Program-made: the position numbers and the translations under genes
Part shown: piece after piece, positions 30,168 through 38,044 of the stretch
Layout: every line of letters begins with the position of its first letter
How positions within the stretch are numbered: the first letter of the stretch is position 1
The notes under the pieces: model-generated
Databases searched by the model: none
What the model saw: only the letters and a program-made list of their open reading frames with translations
What the model was told of the DNA's origin: nothing
Assembly: GCA_038245845.1 (NCBI GenBank)
Contig: JBBRRZ010000019.1
Span: 158 to 64,157, forward strand
Source: Candidatus Limnocylindrales bacterium
GTDB taxonomy: Bacteria; Chloroflexota; Limnocylindria; Limnocylindrales; CSP1-4
DNA length: 64,000 nucleotides
Reading direction: 5' to 3'

Positions 30168-30517
30168 TCACCCGTTGGAGAGCTGGAGCTGGAGCTGCAT
30201 CGTCCCCGTGGTCCGCGACCGACAGGACGACGATCGCCCGGGGGCGGCTCGATCCCGTAGTCGGCGAACATGATCGGCAGTGAGCCGACCACCGTCATGA
30301 CGCCGCCCTGAAACTTCGCCTGGAGCGCGATGTCCACCGCCTTCGTTACGCCGTGGAGCGTCAGGTCACCGGTGGCCGTGACCGCGACACTGAGCGAGCC
30401 CGTGATGTCCGGCGCCCGGCCGACGGCATCGGTGGCTCCGATCGTGGCCAGCTGCTCCTGGACGCGATCGCCCACGAACGAGCTTGAGAAGTCGCTGAAG
30501 GAGCCGCCCCCCGACAT
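30168..30517 (-). pseudogene. YceI-like (polyisoprenoid-binding) gene remnant: N-terminally truncated, with two frameshifts
   Basis: GDLTLHGVTKAVDIALQAKFQGGVMTVVGSLPIMFADYGIEPP in one frame, AIVVLSVADHG in a second, TMQLQLQLSNG* in a third. Shifts occur at C5/G3 and G4 runs. An in-frame TGA lies directly upstream of the first ATG. Confidence 0.55.
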
Positions 30518-30533
30518 TCATCGCGCCCGTGCG

Positions 30534-30989
30534 TCAGCCGCCCGCCTTGTACGGGTACGTCACCCAGTCCTCGACCGTTGCCGCGTAGACGTCCGGTGCG
30601 CCGGCGACCTGCGACCGGCCCGGCTTGTAGTGGATGACCGCGCTCACGGGGATGGCACCCGCGGCGCGCAGGCGCGCGACGACAGCCGTCATCGTCTCGC
30701 CCGTCTCCCAGACTTCGTCCACGACGAGCACGCGCCGCCCGACGAGCAGCTCGTCCGCCGGGAAGTACCCGATCCGCGGCCGGTCGTGGGTGCCGCCCGC
30801 GGTGCGGTAGAACTCGACGCCCGCCACGAGGATCTCGCGCAGGTCCAGTCGGTAGGCCAGCATCCCGGCCGGGACGAGCCCACCCCGCGTGATCGCGAGG
30901 ACCAGGTCGAAGTCGCGGCCGACGGACGCCGCGAGGCGCGCGACGAGGTCGTCGAGGGACTCCCAGGTGAGGACGAGGGTCTCGGGCAT
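30534..30989 (-). CDS. Type-I phosphoribosyltransferase (purine/xanthine-guanine PRTase-like)
   Basis: VLVVDEVWETGETM is a PRPP-binding motif. About 151 aa. Alternative ATG at 30998. Confidence 0.75.
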   Translation of the reverse strand: MPETLVLTWESLDDLVARLAASVGRDFDLVLAITRGGLVPAGMLAYRLDLREILVAGVEFYRTAGGTHDRPRIGYFPADELLVGRRVLVVDEVWETGETMTAVVARLRAAGAIPVSAVIHYKPGRSQVAGAPDVYAATVEDWVTYPYKAGG

Positions 30990-31035
30990 GCGGCCCATTC
31001 TCGCGGATGTGGCCGCGCAGGGCGTCACACCAGGG

Positions 31036-31761
31036 CTACCTGCTCGGGCTGGCAACCGGCGTGGCGCGGGGGTCGGGCGAGACCGGCAGCTTCGGGCGCA
31101 CGTCGTGGCACAGCACGCACGTCGAGTCGGCGCGCAGCGCGTGGTCGATCGGCAGCGCACCCACGTCGGTGGACTGGTGGCATGCCCGGCACGTGCGGTC
31201 CTGCGGGTCCGGGTGCGGCTTGATCGGCGGCGGCGACGGGTTCGGCTTGTGGCACAGCCAACACTCGTCCTCGTTGCGGCCGACCATGCTCGTCGGCAGG
31301 TGGGCGATCTTGCCGTGGCAGTCCAGGCACGCCTCGTTGAGGTCGGCGTGGGCCTGGGTGATCGTCGGCCCGTCGGGCGCCGTCTTGTGGCAGTTGAGGC
31401 ACTCCGACTGGGCGATGCCGTCGTGGCCGGGCGCGTTGCGGCCCAGCTTCTCGCCGGTGTGGCAGGTCAGACACGCGGTCCAGCCCTTGACGGGGTGGCC
31501 CAGGGCCGGGATCGGCTTGATCCCGGCCGCGCCGCCTTCCGTGTGGCACAGGACGCAGCTGTCCGAGGTGGGGATATGCGCGAGGCCCATCTCCATCAAC
31601 TCGATGGACGCGGCCGGCGACCCCGACGGATCAGCCCCGGGACCCCCGACCGACGGGAGGATGCGCAACCAGTCGGCGACCATCGTGCCGGCGAGCATCG
31701 CGACGACGATGAGGTTGAGCACGATGAGGAGCCGCAGCGTCCGGCTGACCCTGCGCTTCAT
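31036..31761 (-). CDS. Membrane-anchored heptaheme c-type cytochrome
   Basis: Seven CxxCH: CVLCH, CLTCH, CLNCH, CLDCH, CWLCH, CRACH, CVLCH. Each is preceded by a His 6-13 residues upstream. N-terminal TM LRLLIVLNLIVVAMLAGTMV. ATG at 31761 overlaps the protease stop (ATGA). Confidence 0.85.
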   Translation of the reverse strand: MKRRVSRTLRLLIVLNLIVVAMLAGTMVADWLRILPSVGGPGADPSGSPAASIELMEMGLAHIPTSDSCVLCHTEGGAAGIKPIPALGHPVKGWTACLTCHTGEKLGRNAPGHDGIAQSECLNCHKTAPDGPTITQAHADLNEACLDCHGKIAHLPTSMVGRNEDECWLCHKPNPSPPPIKPHPDPQDRTCRACHQSTDVGALPIDHALRADSTCVLCHDVRPKLPVSPDPRATPVASPSR

Positions 31762-32306
31762 GCGGTCGCCGCTGTCAGCGTGGGAGTGGCGCTCCCGTGG
31801 TGTGCAGAAACGGTGGTGCCGCGTGCCTCGTCCGCGAGCGCCCATGCCGTACGCCGGACGGTGGCGATCGCGAGCGGGAGCGCCGCCTCGACGCGTGGCG
31901 AGAGCCCGAGTTCGAAGGTGATCTCCCCTGCCTCGACGCCGACGAGGGCGACGGGCCGGGTCATGCTGGCCAGGAGCCGCGCGACGGCCAGGAGCTCGGC
32001 GATCCCGCCCGCGGCCGACCCGGACCGCCCGGGGGCCGCGCCGATGGCGTCGTCCCTCAACACGCGCACGGTGCCCGGCTCGCCCCCCGTGTCGAGCGCG
32101 TCCACGACGAGGACCGCGCATGCGCCGTTGATCTCGTCGAGCAGGTCCATGCCCAGCGTGCCGCCGTCGACGAGGCGGGTCTGCGCCGGCAGCAGCGACG
32201 CATCGTCGTTCGCCAGCCAGCCGAGCGCCTCCACGATCCTCGGGCCGATGCCATCGTCGCGCAGCAGCACATTGCCCACACCGATCACGACGAGGGGGCC
32301 GCTCAT
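31758..32306 (-). CDS. [NiFe]-hydrogenase maturation endopeptidase (HyaD/HybD family)
   Basis: LVVIGVGNVLLRDDGIGPRIVEAL...VLVVDALD. ATG at 32306 overlaps the cytochrome b stop (ATGA). Confidence 0.85.
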   Translation of the reverse strand: MSGPLVVIGVGNVLLRDDGIGPRIVEALGWLANDDASLLPAQTRLVDGGTLGMDLLDEINGACAVLVVDALDTGGEPGTVRVLRDDAIGAAPGRSGSAAGGIAELLAVARLLASMTRPVALVGVEAGEITFELGLSPRVEAALPLAIATVRRTAWALADEARGTTVSAHHGSATPTLTAATA

Positions 32307-33160
32307 GCCTCGGTCCGATCGAGGAGCTCGACGCCGCCATCGCGCGACTCGACGATCTCCTCGCGGGTCGGGAACTTGAACCCCGACACGATGCTGGAGA
32401 TCAGGCCGTTGTGCTCGAGATGGTCCACGAGGATGCAGCTGTAGATGTGGAACAGCGCGATCGCGAGGATCCCCCACATCGCGAGGTGGTGGACGAGGCG
32501 GAGCAGCTGCGGGCCGAGGAGCTCGCGCAGCCATGCGAACAGCGTCGCCCCGGGCTCGGCGCCCGTCAGCCCGTCGAGCGCGAAGCCCGTCACGACCTCG
32601 ACGAGCAACAGGGCGAACAGCACCACGTAGGCGGTCGCGGCCAGCTGGTTGTGGCCGAGGACCTTGGGGATCTCCTTGCGGATGAAGCCATAGAACCCTG
32701 CTTGCCGGAACAGCTCGGTCGCCTGGAACATCGACGTGGGGATGAATGCCGACCAGCGTGCGAACCGGTTGCCCGCCAGGAGCCAGTACGTCCGCACGAG
32801 CCCGGACAGCAGGAACGCCAGCGCCGTCACGATGTGGATGAAGCGGACGACGCCAAGCAGGTTGGCGCCATTCGGGAGCAGGAACGGGTCCGCGATGTAC
32901 AGGCCGGTGGCGCTGAGCACGACGATGCAACCGGCGGTCACCCAGTGGGTCGCCCGGACCGGGACCTGCCAGATGTACAGCCGGACACGCTCGTCGGGGC
33001 GGTCGATCTCGTGTGCGTGGCCGACCACTGCATCGTGCATTGCGGCGGGGACGGCGAATGCGGCCGGCGTGGCCTCCACGGGCACCGCCGACGGCTCGGG
33101 GATGGCCGACGGCTCCGGCACCGGGGCGACGGCCGGCGGGGCGTCGTGGACGGCGGTCAT
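32303..33160 (-). CDS. Ni/Fe-hydrogenase b-type cytochrome subunit (HyaC-like)
   Basis: VRATHWVTAGCIVVLSATGLYI, RFIHIVTALAF, HHLAMWGILAIALFHIY. Four TM segments with conserved His. ATG at 33160 overlaps the large-subunit stop (ATGA). Confidence 0.8.
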   Translation of the reverse strand: MTAVHDAPPAVAPVPEPSAIPEPSAVPVEATPAAFAVPAAMHDAVVGHAHEIDRPDERVRLYIWQVPVRATHWVTAGCIVVLSATGLYIADPFLLPNGANLLGVVRFIHIVTALAFLLSGLVRTYWLLAGNRFARWSAFIPTSMFQATELFRQAGFYGFIRKEIPKVLGHNQLAATAYVVLFALLLVEVVTGFALDGLTGAEPGATLFAWLRELLGPQLLRLVHHLAMWGILAIALFHIYSCILVDHLEHNGLISSIVSGFKFPTREEIVESRDGGVELLDRTEA

Positions 33161-34929
33161 CGACTCGCCTCCGTGGCGTGGATGCGGATGTCGAACGGGC
33201 CGGCGCCGCGTGGGTCGAACGCGTGGACGGCACATGCAGGGCAGGGGTTGAAGCTGTGGACCACACGCAGCACCTCGAGCGGTCGCGTGGGATCCGCGAC
33301 CGGCGTCCGCAGGAGCGCGTCCTCGATCGGGCCCCGCCTGCCGAACGTGTCGCGCGGCGACAGGTTCCACGTGGACCCGTCCACGACCTGGTAGTGGTCG
33401 ATGGCCTTGTCGCGGATGCTCACCCAGTGCGCAACCGCGCCGCGCGGCCCCTCCCCGGTCGACCAGCCATCGGCCTCGTCGGGCCACGATCCCGGGTCCC
33501 AGGTGGACAGATCCACGACCGCCACGTCGCCCGTGGCGAGGTTCGTCCGCAGCTCCCAGACCCAGCTGTCGGCGCGCTTCGCGATCGCGGCTGCCTCGAC
33601 GGCCCGGGCCATGAGCCTGCCGAGCACGCTGGGCATCGCCTCCGCGCCCAGGCCGGTCGCCGTGAGGAGCGCCCCGAGCGGAGATGTGATCGCGTCACGG
33701 CCCTGCGCGTACGCCACGAGGACGCGCGCGAGTGGCCCGGTCTCCATCGGCTCACCGTCGTAGCGCGGTGCCTTGACCCAGCTGTAGCGACCCTCGGTGT
33801 CGAGCGCGCCCAGTGGCAGCACGGCATCGAACGCCGCGTCCGTGATGCCGTCCACCGGCGCGCGCAGGGCTGCTGGACCGCGATCCTCCGCGTACCACGC
33901 GTGGGCGACGGACTCCCCTACGCCGTCCTGGTCAGCGGCCTTGATGCTCGCGAGGTTCCCGTTGACGAGCCGTCCCGCCGGCAGGTAGAGCGGCGGCTCG
34001 CGCTCGTCGGTCTCGGCCAGATCGCCCCACGAGAGGTAGTTGCCCGACCCGCCGCCGATCTGCGTCCAGTCCGGGTACGCAGCGACGAGCAGCCGCATGT
34101 CCGGCAGGAACACGCGATTGACGAAGGCGCCCGCGCGCCCGATGAGGTCGTCGAGCATCGTCAGGCCGGCGTCGCTCAGCGGATGCGGGGCGTTGCGATC
34201 CGGCACGTCCGGGTGACCGCGCTGCTGACTCGGAGCGGGGCCACCCCACGGCGGCGCGAGCGCCATCCCGCCGACGAGGTATGTCTGGGGGTGGGGGTCC
34301 TTGCCACCCAGGAGCGCATGGATGCGCATCACGTCGCGCTGCCAGTCGAGGGCCTCGAGGGCATGGGCGAGGAGGAGGAGGCTCTGCTCGGGCGATAGGG
34401 CGAACCCCGGGTGTCCGGACCACGGGCTGCTGAACGGCCCGGGCTGGTCCGACTCCAGGACAGGGGCAAGCCGCGCCTGGACCGCGCGCAGGCTGTCGGC
34501 GGTCGAGGAGGGCCAGTCGGCCATCGAGCGGCCGAGCGTCGCGGTCGCCACCGGATCGGCGCGCAGAGAGGCCGAGGCGTCCACCCAGTCGGGCAGCTGT
34601 GCCTGGTAGAAGGTGAGCACGTGGTCGCGCACCAGCTGCGTGGACGCGAGGAGGTTGCGCAGAATCCGGGCGTTCGTCGGAATGCGGACGTTGAGCGCGC
34701 GTTCGACGGCACGCACGGAGGCGAGCGCATGGACACTGCTGCAGGTGCCGCAGATGCGGGACGCCAGGAGCCAGACCTCGCGCGGGTCGCGGCCGTGGAT
34801 GACGTTCTCGAGGCCGCGGAACATCGTCCCGGCGCTCCATGCGTCGCTGACCGCCCCGGCCGTCACGTCGACGTCGACGCGCAGCTGGCCGTTGAGGCGC
34901 GTGACGGGATCGATGCTGAGGCGGGTCAT
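33157..34929 (-). CDS. [NiFe]-hydrogenase large subunit (divergent)
   Basis: N-terminal IDPVTRLNGQL, RICGTCSSVH (RxCGxCxxxH), C-terminal HSFNPCPACAVH followed by a 21-aa extension. ATG at 34929. Confidence 0.9.
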   Translation of the reverse strand: MTRLSIDPVTRLNGQLRVDVDVTAGAVSDAWSAGTMFRGLENVIHGRDPREVWLLASRICGTCSSVHALASVRAVERALNVRIPTNARILRNLLASTQLVRDHVLTFYQAQLPDWVDASASLRADPVATATLGRSMADWPSSTADSLRAVQARLAPVLESDQPGPFSSPWSGHPGFALSPEQSLLLLAHALEALDWQRDVMRIHALLGGKDPHPQTYLVGGMALAPPWGGPAPSQQRGHPDVPDRNAPHPLSDAGLTMLDDLIGRAGAFVNRVFLPDMRLLVAAYPDWTQIGGGSGNYLSWGDLAETDEREPPLYLPAGRLVNGNLASIKAADQDGVGESVAHAWYAEDRGPAALRAPVDGITDAAFDAVLPLGALDTEGRYSWVKAPRYDGEPMETGPLARVLVAYAQGRDAITSPLGALLTATGLGAEAMPSVLGRLMARAVEAAAIAKRADSWVWELRTNLATGDVAVVDLSTWDPGSWPDEADGWSTGEGPRGAVAHWVSIRDKAIDHYQVVDGSTWNLSPRDTFGRRGPIEDALLRTPVADPTRPLEVLRVVHSFNPCPACAVHAFDPRGAGPFDIRIHATEASR

Positions 34930-34930
34930 G

Positions 34931-36163
34931 TCAGCCCTCCCCGCTGGTCTCTCGCGTGTCTGCGTCATCGGGGATCGCCAGCGGTATACCAACGGCGAGC
35001 GCCACATCCCCGGCCGCGGTGTCGCCCTCGGCCGCGGCGACACTCCCGGCCGGCGTGCCGTCCGCGGCCGCGGCGAGCTGGACCGCGCGGCGTGCCTTCC
35101 GCGCCCGGTACTTCGAGCGGCTGGCCATGCCCGTCCCGTGGGCGACCGCCACCCCGGCGATCCCACCGACCGCCAGCAGTCCGACCTGGTCCACGGTCAA
35201 CGTTGGCATGAACGGGACGGGCGACCCGAGCCGTCGATAGGCGGGCGCATAGCCATCCCAGAAGTTCGGCATGAAGCAGCCGATGCAGCCATGACCGGCG
35301 CGGATGTTCCAGCTCACACCGCCGCCGTAGCGCGCGGTCGGGCAGTTGCCCATCGTCTCGGGACCCTTGCAGCCGAGCTTGTACAGGCACCAGCCCTTCT
35401 GTGCGCCCTCGTCGCCCCAGCTGAGCGCGAACTCGCCGAACTCGAAGTGGGGCCGTCGCTCGCACTTGTTGTGGATCAGCTCGCCGTACCCGAACAGCGG
35501 CCGGCCGGCGAGGTCCGTCGGCGGGAGCTCCTTGAAGGTGGCGTAGTGGACGATCAGCGCGGCGAGGTTCTCGGCGTTGGCCGGACAGCCCGGCAGGGCG
35601 ATGACCGGACTGTTGCCGCTCACCGATCGGATGCCCTCGGCCTCGGTCGTGCCGCCATTCGCGCCCGGCGCCCCGCCATCGAAGGCACAGGACCCGAGGG
35701 CGATCGTGGCAATGGCGCCGTCACACACCTCCCGGGCGACGTCGGCGAATGGCCGACCCCCGATGAGGCACATCGCGCCGCCTGCCGCCTTGGGCACGGC
35801 ACCCTCGATGACCGCGAGGTAGCCGTTCGGGTAGCGCTCCATCGCCGAGGTGCGCACGAGCTCGGCGTCCGCACCGGCGGCGCCCATCAGGCTCTCGTCG
35901 TAGTCCACGGCGAGGACCTGGAGGAGGAGGTTGGCAGTCGTGGGATTGCCGACCCGCAGCAGCGCCTCGGAGTTGCCGCCGCACGCCTGGCCGCGGAGCC
36001 AGATCACCGGGATTCTGGGGGCTGCCTCGACGGCAGCGGCGATTCGTGGTCCGTAGGCCAGGGGCATCGCGAGCGCCGCGGCCATGGCTGACGAGAACTG
36101 GAGGAAGGTTCGGCGGGACATCCCGCGCGCCACGAGCGCGGCGTAGAGCCCGTCCTCACCCAT
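34931..36163 (-). CDS. [NiFe]-hydrogenase small subunit, Tat-exported, C-terminal TM anchor
   Basis: Twin-arginine signal SRRTFLQF. FeS motifs GSCAFDGG, LPGCPAN, IHNKCERRPHF, GWCLYKLGCKGP, GHGCIGC. Hydrophobic C-terminus VGLLAVGGIAGVAVA. Confidence 0.9.
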   Translation of the reverse strand: MGEDGLYAALVARGMSRRTFLQFSSAMAAALAMPLAYGPRIAAAVEAAPRIPVIWLRGQACGGNSEALLRVGNPTTANLLLQVLAVDYDESLMGAAGADAELVRTSAMERYPNGYLAVIEGAVPKAAGGAMCLIGGRPFADVAREVCDGAIATIALGSCAFDGGAPGANGGTTEAEGIRSVSGNSPVIALPGCPANAENLAALIVHYATFKELPPTDLAGRPLFGYGELIHNKCERRPHFEFGEFALSWGDEGAQKGWCLYKLGCKGPETMGNCPTARYGGGVSWNIRAGHGCIGCFMPNFWDGYAPAYRRLGSPVPFMPTLTVDQVGLLAVGGIAGVAVAHGTGMASRSKYRARKARRAVQLAAAADGTPAGSVAAAEGDTAAGDVALAVGIPLAIPDDADTRETSGEG

Positions 36164-36451
36164 CGTTGCACCAAGCGCGGCGTGTCACGGTGGGCGGGTG
36201 CCGGAAGGCCCCACATCGGCCGTGACGAGATCAGGGGGACGCTGGTACCGATGATGGCCGACGCGTGCCCGGCTGGCCACGGGCCACTCGTCGCCGCCAT
36301 GGGTGCCCCCGGGCACCGTCCGGGGGTCCGCTTGGGACTCCGCGCGCCTGCCCCGGGTCACCGTCAGGCAGGACCCATGGCCCCCGGGGTCGTGCCCGAG
36401 GTCGGGGCTGACGCTCGCCGGCAGTCGATCTCGCCATCCGCGCAGACGGGC

Positions 36452-36514
36452 GCGGACCGGCGGCGGACCTGCGCGCGGACCGGCGCGGACCGGCTCGCGG
36501 ACCGCCGGCGGACC
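36452..36514. repeat. Six copies of GCGGACC phased at 10-12 bp
   Basis: Copies start at 36452, 36463, 36475, 36485, 36497 and 36508. Located about 290-350 bp upstream of the hydrogenase small-subunit start. Confidence 0.8.
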
Positions 36515-36668
36515 TGCGCATCCGCTCCCCGGGCGGTCGCAATCCGACGCGTCCGGGCTACACCTGCGCATCTGCTCTCCCGGTGAGCGCCAATGGGCCC
36601 CGAGCGCCGCATACGCCCCCCCGATGCGCGCAACGCAGTTGATCGCCAGATAGCGACCACCCGGAGAG

Positions 36669-36757
36669 CATTCGCAGCGGCCCGCCAGCCATCGCCGCGA
36701 CATTCGCGGTGCCGCCGCCCGCCAGGCATTCGCGGTGCCTCGCCAGCATTCGCGGTG
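36669..36757. repeat. Four copies of CATTCGC(G/A)G(T/C)G, the last two within 20-bp tandem units GCCAG(G)CATTCGCGGTG
   Basis: Copies start at 36669, 36701, 36727 and 36747. Lies between the hydrogenase operon and tRNA-Lys. Confidence 0.75.
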
Positions 36758-36831
36758 TCCGGAACGACCGGCCGCAGGACAGACGAACGCCCCTCCAGGC
36801 GGACCCGAGGGGCGTTTTCGCGTGCAGATCT

Positions 36832-36906
36832 TGGTGAGCCGGGAGGGATTCGAACCCTCAACCTAATGATTAAGAGTCATTTGCTCTGCCGTTGAGCTAC
36901 CGGCCC
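36832..36906 (-). tRNA. tRNA-Lys (anticodon CUU), CCA encoded
   Basis: Hand-folded: acceptor GGGCCGG/CCGGCTC (one G-U), D arm GCTC/GAGC, anticodon stem AATGA/TCATT with loop CTCTTAA, T arm GAGGG-TTCGAAT-CCCTC, discriminator A, CCA. 75 nt. Confidence 0.9.
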
Positions 36907-37064
36907 GCCGCGGATTGTAGCGAACGGCACCCGATCGTGCGGGTGGGGCGACGCTGGTAGGGTCGGGCCGTCGAACGCCGGATCTCCGGGGCCGCGGATC
37001 TCCGGGGCCGCCGGGCCGGGAGTGGAACCGAGGGCCAGCGACCGCCTGGCAGCCGGCCCGGCCC

Positions 37065-37952
37065 TCAGCCCGCGAACGTGTCGCAGGCCGCGGGATCGCC
37101 CGAGGTGAAGCCCGTGTTGAACCACTGCGACCGCTGGGCCGCGGAGCCATGCGTCCAGGTCTCCGGGTTGACGGCCATGCCCGCGCCCGCCTGGATCCGG
37201 TCGTCGCCAACCGCCTGTGCGGCCTTTAGGCCCTCCTCGATGTCGCCCGGGTCGAGGTCGCCCGCCTTGTACACCGACTGCGCCCACACGCCGGCGAGAC
37301 AGTCCGCCTGGAGCTCCAGCTTGATCGACAGCTCGTTCTCGCGGCTCGGATCCTGCTGCTGGAGCTGGCGGACCTGGGCCTCGATGCCGGTCTGGTTCTG
37401 GACGTGGTGGCCGATCTCGTGCGCGATGACGTAGGCCTGCGCGAAATCCCCCGGCGCGCCGAAGCGGTCGCGCAGCTCCTGGAAGAAGTCGGTATCGAGA
37501 TAGACCTTCTGGTCCGCTGGGCAGTAGAACGGCCCCGTCGCCGAGCTCGCTTGGCCGCAGCCAGAGACCGTGCTGCCCGTGAACAGGACTACGGGCGCAC
37601 GTTCGAATGGCTTGCCCGAGCGCTGGAACGTCTCCTGCCACAGGTCGTTGGCATCGGTCTGCACTGCGCCGATGAACTCCACCATATCGCCGTTGTTCGT
37701 GAGGTCCACGGAGGCGCCCGGGTCCACCGCCTGCTGGCCGCCCACTCCGTTGAGGCCGGACGCCAGCGATCCACCGCCACCGAAGAACTGGATCGCGAGG
37801 AAGATCAGGACGATGACGATCGCACCGCCGCCACCGACGCCCGCAGGGATCGGGATCCCCATCCCGCCACCGCCCATGCCCAGCCCGCCGCCGGTCGATC
37901 CCTGGGCACGCCGGTCCTCGATCCCCCCGGTCTGTCCTCGCTGCCATCGCAT
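37065..37952 (-). CDS. YpfJ-family neutral zinc metallopeptidase (membrane-anchored)
   Basis: Starts MRWQRGQTGGIEDRR, typical for the family. HEIGHHVQ zinc motif. Gly-rich TM region. Confidence 0.85.
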   Translation of the reverse strand: MRWQRGQTGGIEDRRAQGSTGGGLGMGGGGMGIPIPAGVGGGGAIVIVLIFLAIQFFGGGGSLASGLNGVGGQQAVDPGASVDLTNNGDMVEFIGAVQTDANDLWQETFQRSGKPFERAPVVLFTGSTVSGCGQASSATGPFYCPADQKVYLDTDFFQELRDRFGAPGDFAQAYVIAHEIGHHVQNQTGIEAQVRQLQQQDPSRENELSIKLELQADCLAGVWAQSVYKAGDLDPGDIEEGLKAAQAVGDDRIQAGAGMAVNPETWTHGSAAQRSQWFNTGFTSGDPAACDTFAG

Positions 37953-38044
37953 GGAACGATCATGCCCGGAAATGGGTTGCAGGAACATGCCGTCTCGGGG
38001 GCTGGGCCTACGAGCGTGCTCGCGGGCCTCTAGACTCCGCCGTC

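Noticed and set aside
30534-30989. The PRTase gene as PyrR, which would link it to the carA leader hairpins.
   Set aside because: The sequence resembles purine/xanthine PRTases (about 151 aa, VLVVDEVWETGETM). It lacks PyrR-type features such as the DDVLYTGRT-like motif.
36164-36830. Several 100-170-aa ORFs in the spacer upstream of the hydrogenase operon (for example 36185-36703 and 36364-36861).
   Set aside because: They overlap each other in all frames, are Arg/Pro-rich, and are dominated by short DNA repeats. No start or SD context supports them.
30518-36906. Classical integrase-mediated genomic island at tRNA-Lys.
   Set aside because: No integrase or recombinase gene was found, and I saw no direct repeat of the tRNA 3' end. 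It is kept only as a low-confidence rearrangement hypothesis.
36976-37010. Direct repeat GGATCTCCGGGGCCGC x2 between tRNA-Lys and the YpfJ gene, considered as an att-like site.
   Set aside because: It has only two adjacent copies, no similarity to the tRNA 3' end, and no partner copy elsewhere in the window.
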